Assembly: GCA_016432445.1 (NCBI GenBank)
Contig: CP066689.1
Coordinates: forward strand, 330,001-362,000
Length of the DNA stretch: 32,000 bases
From: Candidatus Saccharimonadota bacterium
GTDB taxonomy: Bacteria; Patescibacteriota; Microgenomatia; UBA1406; GWC2-37-13
Direction of reading: 5' to 3'
Every line of letters begins with the position of its first letter. Position 1 is the first letter of the stretch. The position numbers and the translations under genes were made by a program. The notes under the pieces are model-generated. The model was given only the letters and a program-made list of their open reading frames with translations, searched no databases and was not told where the DNA came from. Of the stretch, positions 6,861 to 15,481 are shown one piece after another.

Positions 6861-9149
6861 TCATTCTTTAATTAAATCCATGAAAAATATTTTGTCAGAT
6901 GTTAAGGTAGTATTATAGACGATATTATTGTTTTTAACAAGCGCAGAGAAATTTTGATTAACCATATAAATATTTTTAGGAAAAGAGATTCTTAAATTGA
7001 GATCAGAGTTTGGCGAACCAATCTGCTTTTGGATAATTAACTGATAGGCACCTTGTCCAGAGGCAAGATTTTCATTAAACTGATATTTTATATCTAAATT
7101 GATAATAGACTGAGGTTTGATTTCAACGTAAAATCCGACATTTTTATATTGATCATCTTTTTCGTCATAATCTTCAATCAAAGTATCATTTTTGGTTATA
7201 GTTTTAATAGTAGTATTTTTAGGTAATAAAACTTGGAAGTAATTTTTATAAGTGCCGCCAGGGAACACTTCATTGGCTGAATCATTTTTAATTTTTATGT
7301 TGAGGTTATTGGTAATAATTCCTTCTGTATTAATTCTTATATCTAAAGTGTAAGATTTACTGATAAAAAAATTGGCTTTATTAACACCTAAATTAGCATC
7401 AACAGGGAAAATATAATCAACAATACAACTGCTAGTATTTTTGGCGGCGCAAACGGGAGCAAGTAATCGGCCTGACCAGTAAAGAGCATCTATAGAGTTT
7501 TGTTCCTGTGCATTATCTAAGTAAATAGCAGCTTGTTTTTCATCTAGAGATTTTTTAATCATCTGCAGTAAATCTGGTAAAGAAGCGTTTTGGGCATTGA
7601 TAAGTATCTGATCCATAATCGCAGAAAGGAAACGTTTTTTTTGCAATGAGCCGGGAAAAAAACCTTTTTCAGCGTAGATTTGAGCTTTAAGATAAAAATT
7701 ATCTTTGTTAACTATTTCTTTAAAATCAGGAATATAAAGGTTACCCATTGAAGAAAGAAGATTTTGTATGGCTGTTGTAGTTATAATCATTCCGCCATCA
7801 AAATCAGTCATATTCAATTCCTTATCAAGAAAATAAAGAGCCTGTTTGTAATTTTCAGCAAAATCTGGTGAAAAAGCAGAGTCTCTTAAAAACCAGTGAG
7901 GCTGCTGCAGATATTTTTGAATAGGTTTTGGCGGAGGGACATGTGCCGAAAGCTGACCGTCGGCATCATAGACATCATAAACTTTAAGTTCATGTATAGA
8001 TAAATCTTTTAGCGTAAGAATACCAAATGAGCCTATAAATCCTCCGCCCGGCCTTAGCTCCATATTGTTGGCAAAAAGGATAATATATTTTCTTTGCGTA
8101 TCTTTAGCTAATATACTTTCGGTGTGAGGCAGTATCTCTTGATAAGAATCAATCATCTTTAAAGCTTCTTTAATCTTTTCTTTAATTTCTTTTAAGTTGC
8201 TAGTCCAGGTTGGAATTTTTTGATAAATTATTGATAGATCTTCTTCCAGAAGCTCGATATCTTTTTCAAGTTTCTTTAAGCGAACATTAAAAAATAGTCT
8301 GTCTTGCTCGGTTTTATCCTTTTTTATTAAAAGTGAGATAAAAGCGGATCCTTCCTCATAAAGATTCAAACTGATGTTTAGGGTATTATTGACTTTTTCG
8401 TTTAATGTAAATAAGGTATCGGGATAGATAACAATATTAAACAAAAGAAAAGTAGGTCTAGCTAAAGCGTAAAGGTTTTTACTTAGAGGCAAGAGTTTAC
8501 CTGCGGCCAGTGTATATCCGCGAGTTTTCTTGGTGTCAGATGATTTTAATGAATTAACTGCTGAGTAATGAAAGAAAGTTGAGGCGGCCAAAGGCAAGAT
8601 AAAAAGAAAATGTATTGAAATAATAAAAATGATAAATAAAATAGCTATCTTTCTAGGTTTAAGTGATAAATTCATCTTAAATTTGGGGAAAGATATATTT
8701 GATGCTGAATGAGTTTTAACATCACTTTTGATTTTAAATGATTGAAGATGAAGATATAACTCATGGCTTCTTGAGAAAGAGAACCAAAGCACTTTTTCAA
8801 TATCTTCGTCCGAGAATTCATGATAGTTTTCTAAGTTAATGATTTTAATATTCTTTTTCCTTGCTTTGGTGACTAATGAGTGGCAAGTGTTAGCAGTCTT
8901 TTTTTTATTAATGAAAATAAAAACAATTTTTTTGTTTGAGGTGTAAATAAGTTCCTCCAAAATTTTAGATTCGTTAACGATAAAACAAAGATCAAAACGG
9001 GCGACATCAGTCGGAAGTTTTGGTGAAATAAAGACGTCATTGTCATATTTTTTAAGATGAGATTTTAAGATATCGGTCAAAGCTGAAGTAGATTTATTGA
9101 CAATAAGGATTTGCTGTTTATCTTGCCCATACTCAGTTTCTAGCCGCAT
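6861..9149 (-). CDS. DUF4012-domain membrane protein
   Basis: 762 aa. Internal TM helix (IAILFIIFIISIHFLFILPLAA) followed by ILFANNMELRPGGGFIGSFG, the motif I associate with DUF4012. Its stop is 1 nt from the rplY start. Confidence 0.8.
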   Translation of the reverse strand: MRLETEYGQDKQQILIVNKSTSALTDILKSHLKKYDNDVFISPKLPTDVARFDLCFIVNESKILEELIYTSNKKIVFIFINKKKTANTCHSLVTKARKKNIKIINLENYHEFSDEDIEKVLWFSFSRSHELYLHLQSFKIKSDVKTHSASNISFPKFKMNLSLKPRKIAILFIIFIISIHFLFILPLAASTFFHYSAVNSLKSSDTKKTRGYTLAAGKLLPLSKNLYALARPTFLLFNIVIYPDTLFTLNEKVNNTLNISLNLYEEGSAFISLLIKKDKTEQDRLFFNVRLKKLEKDIELLEEDLSIIYQKIPTWTSNLKEIKEKIKEALKMIDSYQEILPHTESILAKDTQRKYIILFANNMELRPGGGFIGSFGILTLKDLSIHELKVYDVYDADGQLSAHVPPPKPIQKYLQQPHWFLRDSAFSPDFAENYKQALYFLDKELNMTDFDGGMIITTTAIQNLLSSMGNLYIPDFKEIVNKDNFYLKAQIYAEKGFFPGSLQKKRFLSAIMDQILINAQNASLPDLLQMIKKSLDEKQAAIYLDNAQEQNSIDALYWSGRLLAPVCAAKNTSSCIVDYIFPVDANLGVNKANFFISKSYTLDIRINTEGIITNNLNIKIKNDSANEVFPGGTYKNYFQVLLPKNTTIKTITKNDTLIEDYDEKDDQYKNVGFYVEIKPQSIINLDIKYQFNENLASGQGAYQLIIQKQIGSPNSDLNLRISFPKNIYMVNQNFSALVKNNNIVYNTTLTSDKIFFMDLIKE

Positions 9150-9159
9150 AGTATCATAT

Positions 9160-9167
9160 AGTATAAT
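9160..9167. promoter_or_regulatory. Overlapping face-to-face -10 hexamers in a 24-bp divergent intergenic region
   Basis: Plus-strand TATAAT at 9162-9167 is 6 nt before the ATG at 9174. Minus-strand TATACT at 9165-9160 is 10 nt before the ATG at 9149. There is no room for an SD-containing leader on the plus side. Confidence 0.45.
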
Positions 9168-9173
9168 AGTATT

Positions 9174-9677
9174 ATGATAAAGAAGGAGAGGAAGGTTAAA
9201 AATAAGATAGTAAATTTTTCAGAAATCCCGGATTTGAAAAGAAAGTATGCTAAAAAAAAGATAGTGTTAGTGGGCGGGTGTTTTGATATTTTTCATTTTG
9301 GACATCTTACCTTTTTAACTGAAGCTAAAAAACAAGGAGATAAATTAGTCATCGTCTTAGAGTCGGATGAATTTATCTTGAAATATAAAAAGAGAGAACC
9401 GATTCACAATCAGTTTCAACGGGCGCAGATTCTTAGTAACTTGGATATCGTTGATAAAATCATTTTACTGCCTCTCTTTAAGGGTTATGATGATTATTTA
9501 AAATTAGTTCGAATGCTTAAACCTTCAGTTATTGCCGTGACTGAAGGAGATGAAAGATATTATGAAAAAAATCAGATGGCGAAAGTTGTTAAAGCTCAGT
9601 TAAAAGTTGTTTGCTCCCTCGCTTCAGTGTCCTCAACCAGCAAAATTATTGAATATGCGACTTTTTTTGGCAATTGA
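9174..9677 (+). CDS. Cytidylyltransferase-like (HxGH) nucleotidyltransferase
   Basis: 167 aa. VLVGGCFDIFHFGHLTFL is the HxGH nucleotidyltransferase signature. Size and layout resemble glycerol-3-phosphate cytidylyltransferase / RfaE domain II proteins. Confidence 0.8.
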   Translation: MIKKERKVKNKIVNFSEIPDLKRKYAKKKIVLVGGCFDIFHFGHLTFLTEAKKQGDKLVIVLESDEFILKYKKREPIHNQFQRAQILSNLDIVDKIILLPLFKGYDDYLKLVRMLKPSVIAVTEGDERYYEKNQMAKVVKAQLKVVCSLASVSSTSKIIEYATFFGN

Positions 9678-10188
9678 TTTACCGGCAGAAATAAAGCAAA
9701 ATTTGGAGTTGCAGCTTCAGCCTCTTAAAAAAGAATATCCTTATCTAACTTGGGTGGAACCGGAGAATTTTCATATCAGTCTTCTTTTTCTTGGAGAAGT
9801 GGAAGATAAAGATGAAATAGTCAGACGAATTGAAGAGAATGTGTTTGATGTCAGGCCAGTTTATTTGTTTTCATTAAGCTCTAGTATTTTTATCCAAAAT
9901 AAAATTACTTTGTATGTGAAGTTTAAAAGAGACAAAAGTTTGGAGAAATTAGTGGAGAAGTTAAGGCAAGAATTTAATATGCCAGAAAGCGTAAAATTTG
10001 TTCCTCATTTAACTGTTGCCCGCTACAAAGTGCCATCTAAACAGCAGTATCTTTTGCTTAAAAAGAAAATGGAAAATTTCAGCCCCGATTTGGAGTTTGG
10101 AGCAGACACTTTTACACTATTTGAAAGTATACCCTCCGGAAAAAGACTCATTTACAAAAACCTCCATGAGTTTAAATTGGAAAGATAA
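9655..10188 (+). CDS. thpR: RNA 2',3'-cyclic phosphodiesterase / 2'-5' RNA ligase family (2H phosphoesterase)
   Basis: Two H-x-[ST]-x motifs (HISLLFLG and HLTVAR). I start it at MRLFLAIDLP (ATG 9655) rather than at the track's 9607. Overlaps the upstream gene by 23 nt. Confidence 0.8.
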   Translation: MRLFLAIDLPAEIKQNLELQLQPLKKEYPYLTWVEPENFHISLLFLGEVEDKDEIVRRIEENVFDVRPVYLFSLSSSIFIQNKITLYVKFKRDKSLEKLVEKLRQEFNMPESVKFVPHLTVARYKVPSKQQYLLLKKKMENFSPDLEFGADTFTLFESIPSGKRLIYKNLHEFKLER

Positions 10189-10215
10189 ATTCCAATTTAG
10201 CTTCAAACAACCGCG

Positions 10216-10236
10216 TAGGTTGACTAGGTTGACTAG
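10216..10236 (+). repeat. Tandem 9-mer (TAGGTTGAC x2, then TAG)
   Basis: taggttgac taggttgac tag, located 28 nt after the thpR stop. Each unit contains TTGAC. Confidence 0.6.
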
Positions 10237-10363
10237 CCATGATTCTGGAATTTATCCCATAGTTGTTGAATTCTTCTTCAAATTGTGCTACAATTAGATC
10301 TTATAAATAAGATAAAAGCGGCCATTTTGCGTGCCTGATTTTTGTCTTGATTTAATTTGCACT

Positions 10364-10393
10364 TTGACAGTTTGCGGAAAACGTTTGTATCTC
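10364..10393 (+). promoter_or_regulatory. Candidate promoter for the island-2 operon (TTGACA, 17-18 nt spacer, weak -10 gtatct/tatctc)
   Basis: Perfect -35 hexamer at 10364-10369. The -10 is poor, so the call is tentative. Confidence 0.3.
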
Positions 10394-10395
10394 AA

Positions 10396-10451
10396 GTGAA
10401 GGTTACCAAATAGAAAATAAGCGATTTTATTTTTTGCTTGGTAATCTTCAC
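10396..10451 (+). other. 56-nt 5' leader hairpin upstream of the island-2 ORFs
   Basis: GTGAAGGTTACCAA (10396-10409) pairs with TTGGTAATCTTCAC (10438-10451): 14 bp including one G-U. An inner AAAATAA/TTATTTT helix is also present. It ends 20 nt before the GGAGAG SD. Confidence 0.55.
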
Positions 10452-10481
10452 TAAACGAAATCTTTTACGAGGAGAGTAAAC

Positions 10482-10742
10482 ATGTTTGGAATCAAGGTTG
10501 TTCATCGGATGAGTTTTACAGTACTGCTCGTCGCAGCGGTAATCTTGGTGCTACTCATAGTCGGTGGTCCTGGTTGGTTGCTGCTTGCGTATTTTGGGGT
10601 AGTTCCGGAAGTGTTTTACACTCTTCCTATTGATCGGAGAGAGGCGATTGCAACATTCTACATAATTATAGTCTTTGCAGTAACGCTAGCAACGATCGGC
10701 TCGCTTTGGTGGTACGTCCAAGAAGGGAACGAACTGCCCTAA
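10482..10742 (+). CDS. Hypothetical small membrane protein (two predicted TM helices)
   Basis: 86 aa. SD GGAGAG lies 5 nt before the ATG. Hydrophobic spans FTVLLVAAVILVLLIVGGPGWLLLAYFGVV and IATFYIIIVFAVTLATIGSLWWY. Elevated G+C. Confidence 0.55.
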   Translation: MFGIKVVHRMSFTVLLVAAVILVLLIVGGPGWLLLAYFGVVPEVFYTLPIDRREAIATFYIIIVFAVTLATIGSLWWYVQEGNELP

Positions 10743-10780
10743 ACGAGTTCAATCAATAGCAAATAAGAAGGAGAGATCAC

Positions 10781-11107
10781 ATGTTCCCGGCAAAAACATC
10801 TATTGCTTCCTGCACGGTAAAGGTGGAAATTGACGTTAACCTCGTAGTGCTGCCAAAGGTCGTGGTCAGCCAAAACGAGAAAGGTAAGATCTCGATTGTT
10901 TTCGTATTACCCTATGGTATCTTGGATTTCAAATCCTTTACGATAGGAGAGATGTCTGGTACCGGTTTGTCGATGCGATCGTGGGTGCTTCGCTACGTGA
11001 GAGAAGAACTAGAATCTCGTTGTAAGCTTGAGATCATCGATCGTCTGATGGATCAAATTGGATCGGCTATCGATGAGCTAGATGGCCGAAATATTCCGCA
11101 AAACTGA
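10781..11107 (+). CDS. Hypothetical protein
   Basis: 108 aa. Identical SD arrangement (aaGGAGAGatcacATG). No motif I recognise. Elevated G+C. Followed by a clean terminator. Confidence 0.55.
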   Translation: MFPAKTSIASCTVKVEIDVNLVVLPKVVVSQNEKGKISIVFVLPYGILDFKSFTIGEMSGTGLSMRSWVLRYVREELESRCKLEIIDRLMDQIGSAIDELDGRNIPQN

Positions 11108-11136
11108 ATACGGTGTGTTGGCGTGGGTCCCTGATT

Positions 11137-11158
11137 AGGAGTCAGTTACTCCTTTTTA
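11137..11158 (+). terminator. Rho-independent terminator of the island-2 operon
   Basis: AGGAGT-cagtt-ACTCCT followed by TTTT, 30 nt after the stop at 11107. Confidence 0.6.
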
Positions 11159-11184
11159 CACCCATGCCTTTTTTCATGGCTTAA

Positions 11185-11222
11185 AATAAATAATCTCTCC
11201 TTTTATAGAGAGATTATTTATT
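11185..11222 (-). terminator. Perfect 15-bp hairpin; candidate terminator of the DUF5679-like gene
   Basis: aataaataatctctc-cttttata-gagagattatttatt. In the minus sense the stem runs into a T-rich tract (tttatt tt aag). Confidence 0.55.
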
Positions 11223-11243
11223 GAGAACATGATTCTTTTGTTA

Positions 11244-11387
11244 TTAGGCTGCAACAAATTTTGTCATGCCGGTTGAACAATCTGGACATTTTGATTGCAA
11301 CATTGGTTTACCGTTTTTTGCAACTTTTTTTGTTGTTTCGCTAACTTCTTTTTTTGCTCTGCATTTAACACAATACATGGATGTCAT
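11244..11387 (-). CDS. Small zinc-ribbon protein (DUF5679-like), below the ORF-track cutoff
   Basis: My translation is MTSMYCVKCRAKKEVSETTKKVAKNGKPMLQSKCPDCSTGMTKFVAA (47 aa), with CxxC...CxxC. A strong SD (aggaggggaggtgaaaatataatATG) is present. Confidence 0.65.
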   Translation of the reverse strand: MTSMYCVKCRAKKEVSETTKKVAKNGKPMLQSKCPDCSTGMTKFVAA

Positions 11388-11427
11388 ATTATATTTTCAC
11401 CTCCCCTCCTAATCTTAATTATTTTAA

Positions 11428-11712
11428 TTAAAATTTTAATAATTCGGAAACGTAATTACTCATACTAGCAAAATAAAGAATAATTTCAAGAGAGAAAATC
11501 AGGCCGATAATCAGTAAACTTTTTTTAAAGTCCTGTAGAAAATATCTTTTGATCTTAATTTCTTCATCAGTTAAACTGTAATCAATTACAGTTTTCTTGT
11601 CTTGAAGCTCAGTTTTACTTTCTTCTTTTTGAGTAACCTGATTTAATTCAAGAAGTTTAAGTTTTTTTCTTTGCTCAGATAGAATTTTTGTTTTTTTAGT
11701 TTTATGAGGCAT
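11428..11712 (-). CDS. Hypothetical small protein with a C-terminal TM helix
   Basis: I start it at MPHKTKKTK (ATG 11712) rather than at the track's 11754. It has a Lys/Glu-rich N-terminal half, then SLLIIGLIFSLEIILYFA. Confidence 0.5.
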   Translation of the reverse strand: MPHKTKKTKILSEQRKKLKLLELNQVTQKEESKTELQDKKTVIDYSLTDEEIKIKRYFLQDFKKSLLIIGLIFSLEIILYFASMSNYVSELLKF

Positions 11713-11718
11713 AAGAAT

Positions 11719-11724
11719 CTTATA
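11719..11724 (-). promoter_or_regulatory. -10-like TATAAG 6 nt before the ATG at 11712
   Basis: The minus strand reads TATAAGattcttATG. No SD. Confidence 0.35.
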
Positions 11725-11770
11725 ATTGTATACTACCTTAATTGAAATTTTCAAGTGAGTATGCCACTTT

Positions 11771-11843
11771 GTCCCTCTTCACTGTGTTTCGAAGGGACTT
11801 CGTTGGGTATATACCCCTTGCATTTTGAAAGCAAAGGGGTATA
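11771..11843. other. Two GC-rich hairpins in a divergent intergenic region
   Basis: GTCCC(tc)TTC-actgtgttt-GAAGGGAC at 11771-11798. TATACCCCTTGC-attttgaaa-GCAAAGGGGTATA at 11810-11843 (12 bp with one bulged A). The 3' arm of the second hairpin overlaps tataaaat just upstream of the 11856 start. Confidence 0.5.
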
Positions 11844-11855
11844 AAATGTTTTAAA

Positions 11856-12302
11856 ATGGTTGCTTACATTGTGGCAGGCTTTTTTTTTATATGGCTGGTG
11901 ATATTGTCTTATTTTGTTTTTAGAGCAAAAAACCATTATCATAAGCTTATTAAGCACACTAAAGGAAAGAATATAGAGGAAATTTTAGACAAATTGGTTG
12001 AAAACGACAGTGTATTTCATAAAGAATTAGATACAATAAAAAAAGAGTTGCATAAGTTGACCTTAGACTCTTACGGCTATTTCCAAAAAATAGGGATTGT
12101 ACGGTTTAATCCTTTTGGAAGGACAAGCAGTGATCAAAGTTTTGTGTTATCTTTACTTAACAATGAAGATAGTGGAGTTATAATTAACTTTATTTATACT
12201 CACGAAGGGATTAGAGTTTACACAAAAAAAGTTAAAAAAGGAAAAGGTGAAGAATATGAATTATCTGATGAGGAAAAACACGCTGTGAAAAATGCAAATT
12301 AA
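11856..12302 (+). CDS. DUF4446-family protein
   Basis: 148 aa. N-terminal TM helix, then KIGIVRFNPFGRTSSDQSFVLSLLNNEDSGVIINFIYTHEGIRVYTK, which matches my memory of DUF4446. Confidence 0.7.
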   Translation: MVAYIVAGFFFIWLVILSYFVFRAKNHYHKLIKHTKGKNIEEILDKLVENDSVFHKELDTIKKELHKLTLDSYGYFQKIGIVRFNPFGRTSSDQSFVLSLLNNEDSGVIINFIYTHEGIRVYTKKVKKGKGEEYELSDEEKHAVKNAN

Positions 12303-12344
12303 ACACGATTTTTAATAAAAATCATTTATAATTTAAACCCAAAC

Positions 12345-13520
12345 ATGTTTAATAAAAAAATAGCTTATCTAATTACTTTTGTTATTTTTGCTACTGCTTT
12401 TTATGGTTCTTATTCTTATTTTTTAAATAGTTCGGGAGTCAATCTTCTTTCGCCCTTAACAAAGGAAAAAGCTTCTTCTTCAAACTCTAAATTAGTGACT
12501 GAAGCAGTCATTGATAATGAGCCAAAGACAGAGGAATGTCCATTAAATGGAGCTTTTTACTCAAAAACACAGAAAGGAAAGTGGGAAAAAAGAAGACCAA
12601 TGGGGATAATGATAGAAAACCATGTTGATGCCAGGCCTCAGTCAGGATTATCATCGGCTGATATTATTTATGAGGCAGTGGCTGAAGGCGGAATTACCAG
12701 ATTTTTAAGTATATTTTATTGTCAAGATGCTAAATTTGTAGGGCCGGTAAGATCAGCTAGAATCTATTTCTTAAATATGCTTAGAGAGTATGGTGAAAGT
12801 CCGCTTTATGCCCATGTTGGTGGTGCTAATACTGATGGTCCGGCTGATGCTTTAGGAAAGATAGAGAATTTAGGGTGGGCTCAGTACAATGATCTTAACC
12901 AGTTCTCAGTTCCCTTTCCAAATTTCTGGAGAGATTATGATAGATTACCAAATAGGGATACAGAACATACGGTCTATACATCTACTTCTAAACTCTGGGA
13001 TTTTTCCAAAACAAAAAGGAACCTAAGCAATGTCGATAAAAAAGGAAAGTCTTGGGATTCATCTTTTACCAAATGGAGTTTTAAAGATGAAGCTAAGTTA
13101 AAGGACAGAGGTGAAACAGGTGCAAAAATAAGCTTTGGTTTTTGGGATTCTTTTGCATCGGATTTTGCCGTAACTTGGACTTATGATCAGATTACTAACA
13201 GTTATAAAAGAGAAAATGGTGGTAAGCCGCATATTGATAAAAATAGTAATAAACAGATGGAAACCAAAAATGTAGTAATTATGTTTGCTGACGAATCTTC
13301 TGCAAATGACGGTTATCCTGGCGGTCATTTATTATATGATATTCTAGGTGAAGGGAAGGCAATTGTTTTTCAAAACGGTGAAGCAATAAAAGCTAAGTGG
13401 AGCAAGAAAAAAGAAACAACACGTATGAAAATTACTGATAACAGTGGAAAAGAGATGTCATTTGTAAGAGGACAGATATTTGTAGAGATATTGCCAACTG
13501 GAAACCAGGTTACCTATTAA
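12345..13520 (+). CDS. DUF3048-domain protein (YerB-like), membrane-anchored
   Basis: 391 aa. RPMGIMIENHVDARPQSGLSSADIIYEAVAEGGITRFLSIFY is the characteristic DUF3048 N-terminal block. Confidence 0.8.
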   Translation: MFNKKIAYLITFVIFATAFYGSYSYFLNSSGVNLLSPLTKEKASSSNSKLVTEAVIDNEPKTEECPLNGAFYSKTQKGKWEKRRPMGIMIENHVDARPQSGLSSADIIYEAVAEGGITRFLSIFYCQDAKFVGPVRSARIYFLNMLREYGESPLYAHVGGANTDGPADALGKIENLGWAQYNDLNQFSVPFPNFWRDYDRLPNRDTEHTVYTSTSKLWDFSKTKRNLSNVDKKGKSWDSSFTKWSFKDEAKLKDRGETGAKISFGFWDSFASDFAVTWTYDQITNSYKRENGGKPHIDKNSNKQMETKNVVIMFADESSANDGYPGGHLLYDILGEGKAIVFQNGEAIKAKWSKKKETTRMKITDNSGKEMSFVRGQIFVEILPTGNQVTY

Positions 13521-13597
13521 GTTAGTGATGAGTTGTGGGTTTTGGGTTGTGGGTTCTTTTCCTGTAGACTCATAACCCATCACCCATAACCCATAAC
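13521..13597. repeat. Heptamer-periodic long palindrome, flavour 1
   Basis: Left arm: gtgggtt ttgggtt gtgggtt. Right arm: ctcataa cccatca cccataa cccataa. Starts immediately after the stop at 13520 and ends 7 nt before the ATG at 13604. Confidence 0.75.
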
Positions 13598-13603
13598 GTA
13601 ATT

Positions 13604-14179
13604 ATGTTGGAGCATATAATTCCCTCAAAAACCAGAAGAAAAATATTGGAACTCTTTTTCCATCATCCTCATGACAGTTTTTATTTAAGAAAAATAGTAC
13701 GTGATGTAAGCGAGGAGGTAAATGCTGTAAAGCGCGAACTTGATATTCTTTCTGAAGAAAAAGTATTACATAAAGAAAAAAGACTTAACAAAGTTTTTTA
13801 CACTCTTAATAAAAATTTTGCTTTCTATGATGAGTTTTTACGGATTTTTACTAAAACAAGCAAATTTGTCACCCTTATGCATAAAAATTTATCTAAAATA
13901 GGTAAAGTTAAATATGCTGCTTTATCTACTAAATTTGCAAAAAAAATCCCAGTTAAGGAAGATGAAGTATATTTGTTGATGGTAGGAATAGTTGTGTTGC
14001 CTGAAATAGAAAATATTATTCACAGCGTTGAGGAAGATTTTGGCCGTGAGATAAACTATACTATGATGACTGATGATGAGTTTGTTTTCAGGAAAAAAAA
14101 CAATGATCCATTTCTTTGGCGATTTTTAAAACATCCGAAAATTATGTTAGTTGGAATAGAGGAAGATCTTCTTAAATGA
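13604..14179 (+). CDS. Winged-helix (ArsR-like) DNA-binding-domain protein
   Basis: 191 aa. KTRRKILELFFHHPHDSFYLRKIVRDVSEEVNAVKRELDILSEEKVL looks like a wHTH. ATGA stop/start overlap with secD. Confidence 0.55.
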   Translation: MLEHIIPSKTRRKILELFFHHPHDSFYLRKIVRDVSEEVNAVKRELDILSEEKVLHKEKRLNKVFYTLNKNFAFYDEFLRIFTKTSKFVTLMHKNLSKIGKVKYAALSTKFAKKIPVKEDEVYLLMVGIVVLPEIENIIHSVEEDFGREINYTMMTDDEFVFRKKNNDPFLWRFLKHPKIMLVGIEEDLLK

Positions 14180-15480
14180 GAATACTTAAAGTATTAATCC
14201 CGTTGTTACTTCTACTATTGATAATTTGGATAGATTTACCCGAAAATAATAAAATTCCTTCCTTAACTATTGATACTACTTCAATCGGTATTAATTTTAG
14301 GAAAGAGTTTAAAACGCATTTAGGGCTTGATTTAAAAGGCGGAAGTCATCTTGTTTTTGATACGGATATGTCAAAAGTTAAAGCCAATGATATTAATGAT
14401 GCGCTAAACTCAGCAAGAGATATTATTGAAAAAAGAGTCAATTTTTTTGGAGTTTCAGAACCGTCAGTACAGACTATAAAATCAGAAAAAAACTACCGAA
14501 TTTCTGTTGATTTGCCCGGAATAACCAATACTAGCGAAGCAGTGCAAGTAATTGGGCAGATAGCCCAGCTTTCGTTTAAAGAAGAGGCAACAGGTGACGC
14601 AAAATTAGCTACAGCTCCGGCAATTTTTAGGTTAACAAAAGAGACAGGGCTTACTGGCCGAGATGTCAAAAAAGCAACAGTCGCATTTGATCCTCAAACA
14701 GGAAAACCTCAGGTGAAACTCGATTTCACAAGTGAAGGAACCAAAAAATTTGGAAATATTACTTCAAGAAATGTCGGTAAACAGATTTCTATATTTATTG
14801 ACCAGTTCCCAATTTCAGCTCCTGTAGTTCAACAGCCTATAACTGATGGCAACGCGGTGATTACTGGTAATTTTACAGTTGAGGAAGCAAAAAAATTGGC
14901 AGTAGCTATAAACAGTGGAGCTTTGCCTATTCCTATAAAAATGGTGGAACAAAGAAGTATCGGCCCTACCCTTGGCTCACTTGAAGTCAAAAAAAGTGTT
15001 TATGCGGGAGTGGCAGGACTGACTATGGTTATGATTTTTATGATTCTTTATTACAAAAGGTTGGGTCTAATTGCTTGTATGGCTCTTCTTATTTACGGAC
15101 TTATTTCTTTGGCAATATTTAAAACAATTCCCGTGGTTTTAACTTTACCTGGAGTAGCTGGTTTTATTTTATCTATCGGTATGGCAGTTGATTCCAATAT
15201 ATTAATATTTGAAAGGATTAAAGAAGAGTTAAGAAAAGGTAGAGATTTTGATATTGCGATACGTTTGGGATTTGGACGGGCGATTGATGCGATAAAAGAT
15301 GCTAATATTACCACTCTTTTGGTAGCTTTTATTCTTTTTAATCCCTTAAACTGGGATTTCTTACCTCAGTTTGGTCTGGTGCGCGGTTTTGCTTTAACTT
15401 TAGCTATTGGAGTGATTACTAGTTTATTTACAGGAGTTGTTATCACAAAAAGACTGATTAATATTTTTTATAAAAAATAA
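14176..15480 (+). CDS. secD: Protein translocase subunit SecD
   Basis: 434 aa. LGLDLKGGSHLVF, GPTLG and a C-terminal six-helix membrane domain. Followed directly by secF. Confidence 0.9.
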   Translation: MRILKVLIPLLLLLLIIWIDLPENNKIPSLTIDTTSIGINFRKEFKTHLGLDLKGGSHLVFDTDMSKVKANDINDALNSARDIIEKRVNFFGVSEPSVQTIKSEKNYRISVDLPGITNTSEAVQVIGQIAQLSFKEEATGDAKLATAPAIFRLTKETGLTGRDVKKATVAFDPQTGKPQVKLDFTSEGTKKFGNITSRNVGKQISIFIDQFPISAPVVQQPITDGNAVITGNFTVEEAKKLAVAINSGALPIPIKMVEQRSIGPTLGSLEVKKSVYAGVAGLTMVMIFMILYYKRLGLIACMALLIYGLISLAIFKTIPVVLTLPGVAGFILSIGMAVDSNILIFERIKEELRKGRDFDIAIRLGFGRAIDAIKDANITTLLVAFILFNPLNWDFLPQFGLVRGFALTLAIGVITSLFTGVVITKRLINIFYKK

Positions 15481-15481
15481 T

